DNA from: a virus
Lineage: Duplodnaviria; Caudoviricetes
Strand: one strand, 5' to 3'
IMG/VR virus record: IMGVR_UViG_3300005077_000021
Span: 1-58,029 of that record
DNA length: 58,029 nt
Below the pieces are notes generated by a model. It saw only the letters and a list, made by a program, of their open reading frames with translations, did not search any database and had not been told where the DNA came from. Both the position numbers and the translations under genes were made by a program. Positions 37,102 to 46,180 of this stretch are shown piece after piece (position 1 is the first letter of the stretch; each line of letters opens with the position of its first letter).

Positions 37102-37625
37102 GTTTCGAGACCAAGCTACTTTCCAAATTCATTCAAGAGTTCAAACTGGATCGGAGGAAGCGACAGGAGAATACCGTCCGGGCCCTGGAGGATGCCGCAC
37201 AGGTGTTGATCGCCAGGGCTCAAGAAAGACTCACGGCCGGGAATCCGATTCATGTAAGAACTGGAAGGTTGCGGTCTTCTATTCGGCATTCGAAAACCGT
37301 GGTGAGTGGAAAGACCTTCACCATCACGGTGGGGACCAACGTGTTCTATGGGAGGTTCCTTGAATTTGGGGGCGGGGCTCCTCCACTGCACCACGTGTTT
37401 CCAAAGGAAAAAAAGTTCATGAGGTTTAGGGCTTCATCTGTTGGTGGGGTCAGAACCGTGGGGGCACACGGGAAGGACCGGGGTCCAATGATCTTCGCAA
37501 AGAAGGTGGTGATGAAGCCAAAGCCTTGGCTAATTCCGAGCCTTGAGGAAAGCAGGCCGAAAATCCTGGAAGTCCTCGCGAGAGCCGGAATGGATATCAA
37601 GGCGGCAAAGGGGGCAGGCGGATGA
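37095..37625 (+). CDS. HK97 gp10-like neck/tail completion protein
   Basis: VRTGRLRSSI, VGTNVFYGRFLEFG, PKPWLIPSL. Confidence 0.8.
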   Translation: MVSFETKLLSKFIQEFKLDRRKRQENTVRALEDAAQVLIARAQERLTAGNPIHVRTGRLRSSIRHSKTVVSGKTFTITVGTNVFYGRFLEFGGGAPPLHHVFPKEKKFMRFRASSVGGVRTVGAHGKDRGPMIFAKKVVMKPKPWLIPSLEESRPKILEVLARAGMDIKAAKGAGG

Positions 37626-38056
37626 ACGAAGGGTATTCTATCATGACCGGGCTGAGAGACCAGTTCCGGAACGGCATTGACGGGGTGTCCACATCCTACA
37701 ATCACAGATTGACCAGGGATCAGGTCGTCACCGGATTTGTGAATGTTGAAGAGGTGAAACGGTTCCCGCTGATCACCATAGGGTCGGTGTCAATTTCTCC
37801 GAATCAGATGACAATTGGTTCCCCTTCCTGGGATATCCCTGTGATGATTGAGTTGTTCGGATTTGTGCGGGATGAGGACGATGCCTTCGGGGAGGCTCTC
37901 AAGCTCTACAACGACATGGAGACATCTTTGCGGGAGGATCCCACCATCGGTGGTTTGGTGTATGGGATGAATCTTTCCGCTGATGTCTCCTCGTTGGATT
38001 CCGTCGGGGTGGTGTTCATTATCCTGCGGATGAAGTACAACGTCGAACAAACATAG
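37622..38056 (+). CDS. Tail terminator-like protein
   Basis: Position before the tail tube; FPLITI, LREDPTIGG. Confidence 0.6.
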   Translation: MNEGYSIMTGLRDQFRNGIDGVSTSYNHRLTRDQVVTGFVNVEEVKRFPLITIGSVSISPNQMTIGSPSWDIPVMIELFGFVRDEDDAFGEALKLYNDMETSLREDPTIGGLVYGMNLSADVSSLDSVGVVFIILRMKYNVEQT

Positions 38057-38081
38057 TTTGTCGGTAGGGAGGTAAAGAGAA

Positions 38082-38498
38082 ATGGCTTTCTTTCGAGGCA
38101 AGGATGGAATTGTGAGTGTGTCTGCCAATGCGGTGGCTCAGTTGACCGACTGGACCCTGAATATCGAGGGCACCGCCATCGATACCACCGTGATTGGGAA
38201 TGAGTGGAAACAGACCGTTCAGGGGTCGCGTGGATGGAACGCTACAGTGAACGGGTTCATTGCGATGGATGATACCAACGGACAGAAGTCCATGATCGAC
38301 GAGGTGATTGACGCGACCTCCGATGGTTATGTGACCCAGGTGCGGTTTGAGGCGGCGGATGGGACAGTTGATGGGTACTTCTATGGTTCTGCCGTGATTA
38401 CCGCCATCGCCATCAACAACCCCGGAAATGATGATGTCGTGAAGGTTTCCATCACCATGACCGGACATGATCGGATGTATTACAAGCCGTCAACGTAA
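38082..38498 (+). CDS. Major tail tube protein
   Basis: GKDG, WTLNIEGTAIDTT..GNEWKQTVQGSRGWNATVNG, FYGSAVIT, VKVSITMTG. Confidence 0.85.
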   Translation: MAFFRGKDGIVSVSANAVAQLTDWTLNIEGTAIDTTVIGNEWKQTVQGSRGWNATVNGFIAMDDTNGQKSMIDEVIDATSDGYVTQVRFEAADGTVDGYFYGSAVITAIAINNPGNDDVVKVSITMTGHDRMYYKPST

Positions 38499-38505
38499 GG
38501 AGTGA

Positions 38506-38532
38506 GGGGAGGGTGGGAACCCCACCCTCCCC
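38506..38532 (+). terminator. Hairpin after the tail tube gene (terminator or stabiliser)
   Basis: 12-bp perfect stem GGGGAGGGTGGG-AAC-CCCACCCTCCCC; no clear U tract. Confidence 0.5.
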
Positions 38533-38558
38533 CACAATAACAATCACGAGGAGGGAGT

Positions 38559-38906
38559 ATGCAAATCAGCAAGAAGATCGGAAGGCGATCCTTGGAGATT
38601 GGTGATGCGAAGTTCTTTGTGGTTCCTTATCCATATGACGAGATAAAATCGGACGTTTCAATCATCAATTCTCCCCAGCTACAGAAGGCCATGTTCATGT
38701 ATTGTCTTGTCGGATGGGAGGGTCTTCAAGAGGACGACGGATCCCCCCTGGAATTCAACGATGAGAACAAGGAACACATCTTCAAGTATGAGCATGGGAT
38801 CCGCAAGGAGATTCTGTTCGTCGTGAACACCATGATGGTGGAGAAGGTTCAGATCATAAAAAACTTGTTGAGGTCGCAGGATGGGAAGGGGACTCCGGAA
38901 AGCTGA
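38559..38906 (+). CDS. Tail assembly chaperone (gpG-like)
   Basis: Between tube and tape measure; LVGWEGLQEDDGSPLEFNDEN; slippery A-AAA-AAC at 38858-38864. Confidence 0.8.
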   Translation: MQISKKIGRRSLEIGDAKFFVVPYPYDEIKSDVSIINSPQLQKAMFMYCLVGWEGLQEDDGSPLEFNDENKEHIFKYEHGIRKEILFVVNTMMVEKVQIIKNLLRSQDGKGTPES

Positions 38907-39223
38907 AGTGTTATGAGTGTTACCGACTCTACACCAAGAACGGAAAACCGACTCCCTGCGACAAATGTAAGAAACCAAAGATTGAGTATCTTGATATCTA
39001 CGCTTTGTGTCGGAAGGCTTTGTGTTGTGGGTTTCAGTATGGTGGGGGGCTGGATGCTGGGGGGATTGAGGTCATGATGCGAATCCACGGAGTGAAAGAA
39101 GAAGATCGTCCGGTGATGTTCGAACTGATCATGAGTTATTTGATTGCGTTTAGAGGGGCCAAGAATGATTCGTCCGGTTCCATGTCTGGGTCTTCTACTG
39201 GTCGGAAGACCATCGGGAGATAG
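38858..39223 (+). CDS. -1 frameshift extension of the chaperone (gpT-like part)
   Basis: The -1 frame is open from the slippery site: LVEVAGW...CYEC...PCDKC...GGLDAGGIEVMMRIHGV to stop 39223. Confidence 0.75.
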   Translation, partial: KKLVEVAGWEGDSGKLKCYECYRLYTKNGKPTPCDKCKKPKIEYLDIYALCRKALCCGFQYGGGLDAGGIEVMMRIHGVKEEDRPVMFELIMSYLIAFRGAKNDSSGSMSGSSTGRKTIGR

Positions 39224-39225
39224 GG

Positions 39226-39639
39226 ATGAGTAAACCGGTTTGGGTGTCGATGGATCGTGACGAATTCGATTCAAGTGAGTTCGGATCTTTGGGGAAGGAG
39301 ATTCGTCTTGATTGTCGATTTTTCATTCAACCTCTGACCACTGAAGTGGTGGAGAAAGCCTGCCTGGCGGTGAGTAATGGGGGTACAATCTCCATCGATG
39401 AGGTGGATGATGATGGAGAGGGGGATCTTCTATATCAGGTGCTTTGTGGGCTTGTCTGCGATTGGTATGGAATCATGGACGAAGAGGATGTTCCCATCCC
39501 ATACTCCGTGGAGAATGTGAGGAAGATCGCCAGGAGATATCCTGGGGTTGCCGGGGCGTGGGTGGACATCGCCATGAATCTATCCTTGGTAGAGGTAGAG
39601 GTAGAGAAAGAAGAAGAGGGAGTGGTGGACGATGGCTGA
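39226..39639 (+). CDS. Second tail assembly chaperone-like protein
   Basis: LVCDWYGIMDEEDVPIPYSVEN resembles the gpG-like motif of 38559..38906. Confidence 0.6.
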   Translation: MSKPVWVSMDRDEFDSSEFGSLGKEIRLDCRFFIQPLTTEVVEKACLAVSNGGTISIDEVDDDGEGDLLYQVLCGLVCDWYGIMDEEDVPIPYSVENVRKIARRYPGVAGAWVDIAMNLSLVEVEVEKEEEGVVDDG

Positions 39640-42271
39640 TGAAAAGGAACTCAAGGTCAGGTTTGTGATCAAGGATGATGGGTCTGTTATCCTGGAGAGG
39701 CTGGATCACGGGTTCCAGAAGGTCAAGAATAGTGCCGAGCAGGCCTCCGTCTTCACCGGGAAGTGGATGGCGGTGTTGAAGGCGGCTGTTGGTCCACTTC
39801 TCGCTTTTGGTACCGCGGCCCTGAGTATTTATCAAGTGAAGAAACAGATCGGGGCGTTTCTTGATGAGGCTGATCGCTTCCAGAAATTGAGCACCCGATT
39901 GAATGAGACCACCAATTTCTTGAGTGAGATGGCTGTTGTAGCCGACCTTGGTGGAATGTCAGCACAAAGTCTTTACCAATCAATCCAAATTCTCAAGATT
40001 CGTATGGGGGAGTTCGCGCAGTTTGGAACGGGTGAGGGGAAGGATGCCTTCCGAAAGCTTGGGGTGGAGCAGGATATTCTCAATGGAAAGTTCAAGGATG
40101 CAGAGTCGTTGTTCCCGAAGCTCGTGGAGGGGATCAACAACCTAAAGAATGAAACCGACAAATCATCAATGGCTTATCGGTTGTTCGGTAGAAGCGGCGT
40201 TGAGATGATGCAGATCATCCGTCAGGGTTCCGATGAGATTGAGAAACAAAGAAATCTAGCCAGGGCCCTCGGGTTTTCAATGGATCAGGATGTGGCCGAT
40301 GGGGCCGCTAATGCTTTGGATGCCCTTGCTTTATTGAGGTATGGACTCATTGGGGTCCGGGAGGAATTTGGTAAACGCATCAGTCCGGTGATCGAGGATG
40401 CCGCTAATGATATCACAGAGGCCCTCATTCGTTTGCGGGCGGATGGGACTCTCGAAGAGTGGATTGACAATTTCGTAGATTGGATGGAACGGGGCGGAAA
40501 GAAGGCGGCTGCTCTGGCTCGTGAAGTGTCAACCATTCTTTCCGTCATCGAGAAGCTGAGAACCATGGGTGGACTCGCCCCGGATGAGATTCTCGGGCAG
40601 AGAACCTCCGGGATATTTGGTCCGATTGAATTGTTCAAGGGGGCTTTCAAGGGGGCGGCTGGTATCGGTTTCTCCCTGGCGAAGAAGGTAGGAGATGCTT
40701 TTGTAGAGCGCTGGACACAGACCAGACGAGGGATAGCTGAAGAGTTTGGCTGGAGTTGGCTCTACAATAAAAACGACCTGCAGGGGGCGCTTGACGATGT
40801 CCCCCTTCCAGACCTGAGCCCAAAGAAAGACACAACCGCTACTGGTGGGAGTTCCCTGTTCTACACCGACGAGGACTTGGCAAAGTTCAAGCAGATGCGT
40901 CGGGAGGTGCTTTCCCTTTCTGCTGGGGAGTTGGAAAAACGACTGCTCGACCTTGATGCGTTTAGACTGGAGGCCATTGCTTCCTATGAGAAGGTGGGAA
41001 AGAGTACGGCGGAGATCGAAGAGGCCTACTCCACCGCCAGGGCGAAAATTTTCGAGGATGGTTTGGAAGAGCAGAAGGAGTCTTTGAGGACGTTCGAGAA
41101 GTTTTATTCCGATGCCATGGAGGGCTTCCTAAACGCCGGTGGGGGTGGTGGTGTCCGGTTGTTCGCCGGGACCGGGACGGAGCAGTTCTCAAGAGAGTTG
41201 GAGGCCGAGAGGTTAGAGATCGAGAACAATCACAAGTCCAAGCTTGCCGAGCTTGACAAGTTCAACACCGAGGTGAGGAAGAAGATTGATGAGCTTAAAG
41301 CGGCGCGAGAACTAGCTCATGGTGACGAACTCCAGATGATTGATGACCGGCTGGATCGGTACTCCTCCATGCTGGAGGATATGAAGGGGGTGGATCAACT
41401 CTATTATGACTACAGGAGAGAGCAAGAAGACAAGGCTCTTGAGGATGAGATTGAAAGGAACCTTGGGAGGAAGGAAATCAACGAGGAATACTTCGAGTGG
41501 TATTTGGAGAGGCTAAAGAGCCTGGGGGCTTCGGAGAAGGATATCAATGCGGCCAACCTTCAACAGATGCGGGCCGGGGCAAAGTCCCATTGGGATGGAC
41601 TGAAGCTTGGGTTCAAAGAAGTGGAGAACAATTATTCCGACTTTGCGGGAGCCACCTCCCAGGGAGTTCAAAGTCTGGCCTCCACCTTTTCCTCTTCCTT
41701 GGGTGGAGCCATGACCGACATAATCATGGGTACCAAGGATATGGATCAAGCCTTTGCCGAGATGGGGGCAAACGTGATCCGAACCATCATGGATACCATT
41801 ACCCAACTTCTGATCGAGTGGTTGATCATTCAGATGATCAAGGGGATTTCCTCCTTGGCCAGTTCCGGTTCTGGGGCGGCTGGGGGAGGAGGTACCGGCG
41901 GGGTAAGTTCCGGGTACGGAACCAATCTCAATCCGGTTCCAATCAACAATGGCCCGATCATGACCAGCACCGGCTTGGGGGGATACACGCAAATAAGTTC
42001 GATGCTTGATGCCGGGCTCACCCGGACCTTGGGAGGAGCCTCCACCGTTTCTGCCTTTGGTGGAGGAACCGGTGGGGGAAGTTCTTCGGAATCAGCGGAG
42101 GTTACCATCAATCTCATCAATCAATCCGGGGAAGATGTGAAGGCTCGTCAGGTATCCTCCAGGAGGGATGGTCGGAGGCAGATTCAGGATGTTGTGTTGG
42201 AGAGTTTGTATTCGTCTCCTGATTTCAGGAAAAACTTTCGCAGGGGCATTGGTGTTGGAGGACTTGGATAA
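39632..42271 (+). CDS. Tape measure protein
   Basis: 879 aa, helical, LFGRSG, follows the chaperones; C-terminal VTINLINQSG. Confidence 0.9.
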   Translation: MADEKELKVRFVIKDDGSVILERLDHGFQKVKNSAEQASVFTGKWMAVLKAAVGPLLAFGTAALSIYQVKKQIGAFLDEADRFQKLSTRLNETTNFLSEMAVVADLGGMSAQSLYQSIQILKIRMGEFAQFGTGEGKDAFRKLGVEQDILNGKFKDAESLFPKLVEGINNLKNETDKSSMAYRLFGRSGVEMMQIIRQGSDEIEKQRNLARALGFSMDQDVADGAANALDALALLRYGLIGVREEFGKRISPVIEDAANDITEALIRLRADGTLEEWIDNFVDWMERGGKKAAALAREVSTILSVIEKLRTMGGLAPDEILGQRTSGIFGPIELFKGAFKGAAGIGFSLAKKVGDAFVERWTQTRRGIAEEFGWSWLYNKNDLQGALDDVPLPDLSPKKDTTATGGSSLFYTDEDLAKFKQMRREVLSLSAGELEKRLLDLDAFRLEAIASYEKVGKSTAEIEEAYSTARAKIFEDGLEEQKESLRTFEKFYSDAMEGFLNAGGGGGVRLFAGTGTEQFSRELEAERLEIENNHKSKLAELDKFNTEVRKKIDELKAARELAHGDELQMIDDRLDRYSSMLEDMKGVDQLYYDYRREQEDKALEDEIERNLGRKEINEEYFEWYLERLKSLGASEKDINAANLQQMRAGAKSHWDGLKLGFKEVENNYSDFAGATSQGVQSLASTFSSSLGGAMTDIIMGTKDMDQAFAEMGANVIRTIMDTITQLLIEWLIIQMIKGISSLASSGSGAAGGGGTGGVSSGYGTNLNPVPINNGPIMTSTGLGGYTQISSMLDAGLTRTLGGASTVSAFGGGTGGGSSSESAEVTINLINQSGEDVKARQVSSRRDGRRQIQDVVLESLYSSPDFRKNFRRGIGVGGLG

Positions 42272-42636
42272 TGGCGTGGCCAACCTCTCTCCCGGATCCC
42301 GACGAGTCATATTCGGTAAGCTATGTTCGAACGGTCCACCGATCAACCTTTGATTCCGGCTGGGAACTCACCCGGCCAAAATTCACCAGAACCAGGCGAG
42401 AGTGGAAGGTGGTATACCTTCTTGACAACACACAAAAAGCCTCCCTGGTGGCCTTCTTTGAAGGCTCAGATGTGGAGTGGGGGGGATACTCCTTCTCCTG
42501 GACTTCCCCGGAAGGGGATAGTTGCACGGTTCGTCTTGTTGATGATTCGGTGAATTTCGAGTTTCTTACCACCGGGCATACGACATCGGGATCAATGAAA
42601 TACTGGAAAGTTTCAATGACCCTTCGAGAGGAGTAA
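42271..42636 (+). CDS. Distal tail protein (lambda gpM-like)
   Basis: RSTFDSG..TRPKFTRTRREW, FF....GGYSFSWTSP, SMTLREE. Confidence 0.7.
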   Translation: MAWPTSLPDPDESYSVSYVRTVHRSTFDSGWELTRPKFTRTRREWKVVYLLDNTQKASLVAFFEGSDVEWGGYSFSWTSPEGDSCTVRLVDDSVNFEFLTTGHTTSGSMKYWKVSMTLREE

Positions 42637-42640
42637 AAAG

Positions 42641-43744
42641 ATGGCTCGGGTTTTCATAGACGGGTTTGAGGGTGGGGATTTCATGAGTCAGTACACCGCC
42701 ACCCCATATAGCAGTGGAGCCGTAGCGGTTTACTCCGCCACTCAAGCGGGTACTGCCTGGAAATCTGGAGAAACCTTCTCCGCCCCCGCCAGGGGTAGTT
42801 ACGTGGCTTTCATGCGGTACCCTGGTTCCTACCTGGACTTGGATATCTATCCGGACTTTGTTGGGATACTCAATATCCTCCACGTGAAATTCCGGTATCA
42901 GACAAGTACATCTGGAACCACCGGTAGTGATGCGTTGTTGAAGTTCATCAATGGTTCTGGTTTGACCATGACTACCGTGGGGTTGGTAAACAATTACCTG
43001 GCAATTTGGAAGGGGGAAGTATCGACCCCGACCCTGGTGGAGTTGTCCAGTTCCCTCATCCCGAAAAATACGTGGGCTTGTATCGAGGTGGCGGTCGCAA
43101 TCAATTCGTATGGTTCCGGAACAGGGACTTATAAGGTGTACCGGGACGGAACCCAGGTATTGGGAGGGACCGCCGACATCAATGGAGCCTCTTCCGGGAT
43201 TCCGTCAATCCAGACCCTCCAATTTGGTTTGAGTGGAACAGGTTCAACGGATACAGCAGCCATCGATGACATCGTGGTGGATGACACCAACTCCACCGCT
43301 TCAATGGTTATTGGAACTTCATACGTCTCTGCCCTGTACCCCAATGCAAATTCGGTCAACGCATGGGGATTGAGTAACTCTGCCCAGGCGGTTTACCTCC
43401 ATGTGAACGAGGCCCCAGCAGATGATACTGATTATCTGTACACCTCTGGGGTGAATGTAGAGTTTGATCTCGGATTGGATAATCCGCTTTCCACAATCAA
43501 TCCGGTGAAGAATCTGCAGGCTCAATACAGGGTCATCAAGTATGGATCTCCGTCTTGTAGTTCGGTTGAACCATTTCTCCGGAACACCACTGGCTACGGG
43601 ATGAGTGGGGTGAACAAGACCGTTCCTTCTTCGATGAAAACGGTGTGTCATATTTGGCCGTCTAGACCAACCGCTATGGGAGGGGGTTCTTGGTATTCGA
43701 CCAATATGGGTGCGGTTCGCATCGGACTCAAGTCAAAAGGTTGA
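42641..43744 (+). CDS. Minor tail protein with ConA/lectin-like beta-sandwich
   Basis: FIDGFE start; NTWACIEVAV..GTYKVYRDGT..IDDIVVDD; rich in G/S/T. Confidence 0.55.
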   Translation: MARVFIDGFEGGDFMSQYTATPYSSGAVAVYSATQAGTAWKSGETFSAPARGSYVAFMRYPGSYLDLDIYPDFVGILNILHVKFRYQTSTSGTTGSDALLKFINGSGLTMTTVGLVNNYLAIWKGEVSTPTLVELSSSLIPKNTWACIEVAVAINSYGSGTGTYKVYRDGTQVLGGTADINGASSGIPSIQTLQFGLSGTGSTDTAAIDDIVVDDTNSTASMVIGTSYVSALYPNANSVNAWGLSNSAQAVYLHVNEAPADDTDYLYTSGVNVEFDLGLDNPLSTINPVKNLQAQYRVIKYGSPSCSSVEPFLRNTTGYGMSGVNKTVPSSMKTVCHIWPSRPTAMGGGSWYSTNMGAVRIGLKSKG

Positions 43745-43748
43745 TGAC

Positions 43749-44243
43749 ATGTCTTTTATCAAGGGGAAAGATGGTCTAATCCAGATTGGTGGGGTGTCGG
43801 TAGGTCAGGTGACCGATTGGCAATACTCCATCTCAAAGGAGGCTATTGAAAACACTCGGGTCGGGAATGAGTGGAAGCGGTATCTCCTTGGCAAGAGATC
43901 CCAGGAGTTTGTGATCAATGGATTTATTGACATGGGGAACACCGAACAACTGGCCCTGGTCAATGCTCTCCTCTCCAGCACGGCGAGTGGGGTGCTTTCT
44001 TCTATTCGATTTGTTCTCTCCGGTCCGGACTCCTATGATGGCACCGGGGTGGTGACCAAGTTTGGGATTCAGAATTCGGGGAATGATTCTGTTGTCCGGT
44101 TTTCTGCGTTGGTGGTTTGCGGGTCCATATTTCCAGCCACTGGATACATAGCTTGTACCCAAGCTCTTATTCAGATGGAGTATTTCGGTGGACTATCCAT
44201 CACCTGTTTTCAAGCCCTTGTTCAAGTGGAGCATGAAGGATGA
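43749..44243 (+). CDS. Tail-tube paralog with C-terminal extension
   Basis: KGKDG..VGQVTDW..GNEWK..NGFI..NSGNDSVV aligns by eye with 38082..38498. Confidence 0.75.
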   Translation: MSFIKGKDGLIQIGGVSVGQVTDWQYSISKEAIENTRVGNEWKRYLLGKRSQEFVINGFIDMGNTEQLALVNALLSSTASGVLSSIRFVLSGPDSYDGTGVVTKFGIQNSGNDSVVRFSALVVCGSIFPATGYIACTQALIQMEYFGGLSITCFQALVQVEHEG

Positions 44244-45709
44244 AGACCCTACCCGGCGCGTTGATCACTGCGAAGAATCGTTTGTGTGATACCTATCCTT
44301 GGTTGGTTCTCTTGGAGATCATAAACGATGATTGGGAGACCATCCCTTATGATGGGCTGACCAGACACTTTCATGAGGGGGCCACGGCGTCCACCCCTAC
44401 CGGAACCGCTTCCATCAAGTTTGATATTCAACTCAGTGACACCACCGGGATCCTGGTGGTCTACGGAAGATCGGGAACCTTTTCGGACAACCAGAATCTT
44501 TCTGACAATGGGTCTCCTTCCGGGCTCGCGAAGGTGAATGGAACGATGGAAACCGGGGAAGCCCGGATCCGTCTTGCCAGAAACACCGCTTCCATTTACT
44601 ACACCTATCTGGGAAAGCATTTCTATGCCTTCCCCTTTGAGATCCAACCGATTCAGGATAGTCGAACTGAAGTTCCCGTCATGGCTATTTCTGTTAGTAA
44701 CGTAAGCCGTTTCATCGAGGCATACGCCAATCAATCCGGGGGGCTCATTGGGAAGCAGATGAGGATCATGATGATCTATGCCGGCGACCTTGGGCAGGCC
44801 CCGGCCTTGGATCAGACCTATTATGTATTGGAGTGCAGTATCGATATCGATGCGGTGTCTTTTTCTCTTGGTATGAAGAACCCTTTCCTGGAACGATTCC
44901 CAAGGAATCGTTTCAGTAGGAAGATTTGTCGGTTCCGTTTCGGGGAGGATGGGTGTGCCGCCAGTCCCTCCGGATCCCAGACCTGCAATCATACCCTGTC
45001 TGATTGTATGTATTGGGTCACCGCCACGGATAGGAGGGATCGGGCCCACAGCTTCGGAGGATTTCCTGGGATTCCCAACGGGTATTTTGAAAACACCCAG
45101 CAGGCCGGAACCGGATACGCTAATGATCTTGTTATAGCTTCTTCTGTCTCTTCCGTCTCCGTTTCTCAAAGCAGTTCGTTGAGTGTCTTTTCCGCTTCTA
45201 GTATTTGCTCGTGTAGCTGTTCCAGTTCCTACGACGCGGCCAATCATCCTATTTCCGAATCTTCTTCCTCCAGTTTTTCGTGCTGTTTCAGTAGCTCTAT
45301 TTCCTGTCTCAGTAGTTCGTCTCTGTCGGCATCCTCCACCTCGGAGTCTGTTTCCAGCAGCAGTATCAGTTCCAGCACCAGCAAAGAAAGCAAGAGTTCA
45401 AGTTCTTGTGTTTCGTCGTGGTCTGACTCCATCTGTTCCAGTTCTTTGTCGGCGGTGAGTGGGGATTCGAAAAGTTCCTCCAGCAGTTCTCCGAGTTCCT
45501 ACAGCTGCTGTTCCTGCAGTAGTTCCTGCATGAGTTCCAGCACCAGTGGGAGTTCTTGCTCTTCAAGTTCCGACTCTTGTAGCAGCAGTAGTATCAGTTC
45601 CAGCAGCCGGAGTGTTTCGAAATCTTCTACCAGCACTTCTTCTACCAGCACAAGTAGCTGTTCCTCTTTGATTGTCAGTAGCAGCGTTTGTTCCTCTTCG
45701 ATTGCTTAG
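44240..45709 (+). CDS. Lambda gpL-like tail-tip protein with a Ser/Cys-rich C-terminal extension
   Basis: FYAFPFEI, ISVSNVSR, CRFRF..GC..CNHTLSDC..FGGFPGIP, then ~190 aa of low-complexity Ser/Cys. Confidence 0.8.
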   Translation: MKTLPGALITAKNRLCDTYPWLVLLEIINDDWETIPYDGLTRHFHEGATASTPTGTASIKFDIQLSDTTGILVVYGRSGTFSDNQNLSDNGSPSGLAKVNGTMETGEARIRLARNTASIYYTYLGKHFYAFPFEIQPIQDSRTEVPVMAISVSNVSRFIEAYANQSGGLIGKQMRIMMIYAGDLGQAPALDQTYYVLECSIDIDAVSFSLGMKNPFLERFPRNRFSRKICRFRFGEDGCAASPSGSQTCNHTLSDCMYWVTATDRRDRAHSFGGFPGIPNGYFENTQQAGTGYANDLVIASSVSSVSVSQSSSLSVFSASSICSCSCSSSYDAANHPISESSSSSFSCCFSSSISCLSSSSLSASSTSESVSSSSISSSTSKESKSSSSCVSSWSDSICSSSLSAVSGDSKSSSSSSPSSYSCCSCSSSCMSSSTSGSSCSSSSDSCSSSSISSSSRSVSKSSTSTSSTSTSSCSSLIVSSSVCSSSIA

Positions 45710-45721
45710 GTGGTTGGAGAT

Positions 45722-46180
45722 ATGTTGACCGCGGAGCAGAACAGGAAATTGGTGGAGGTGATGTCCCACCCCTACATCCCGGATGAGTTCAATTGCGTGA
45801 TGTATGTATGCCGGGTGAGTGAAATCCTTGGTGTCCCTTTTCCTTCGATGGATGAGATGTTGATGGATCTCTCCAAACAGGAACTTCTGGATGCTTACGA
45901 AGACCTCAACAGTGTTGTCCCTCAAGAGGACTGGATCAGGAAGTCCGGGGAAGCTTACTTCGGGTTTCGTAAACTTTCAGATAGGGAATCCCCCCGGGTG
46001 GGGGATATAATAGCTTTTAAGGGGGATTCCCCCAGGGGAGTGGTACGGCACATTGGAATTATAATTGACGAGGATGGAACCTACACTCACATGAACCGGC
46101 GTGGAGCGAAGATCGCAAAGTTTCATTCTCGATTCATGGAGAATAGAATCCTTGGTTTTTGGAGGAGGGAAGAAAAGTGA
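45722..46180 (+). CDS. NlpC/P60-fold tail assembly protein (gpK-like)
   Basis: PY...FNCVMYV, GDIIAF, RHIGI, YTH; sits between gpL and gpI/J. Confidence 0.7.
   Translation: MLTAEQNRKLVEVMSHPYIPDEFNCVMYVCRVSEILGVPFPSMDEMLMDLSKQELLDAYEDLNSVVPQEDWIRKSGEAYFGFRKLSDRESPRVGDIIAFKGDSPRGVVRHIGIIIDEDGTYTHMNRRGAKIAKFHSRFMENRILGFWRREEK

Noticed and set aside
45140-45709. Microsatellite or CRISPR-like repeat
   Set aside because: No fixed repeat unit or spacer pattern; it is an in-frame low-complexity coding tract.
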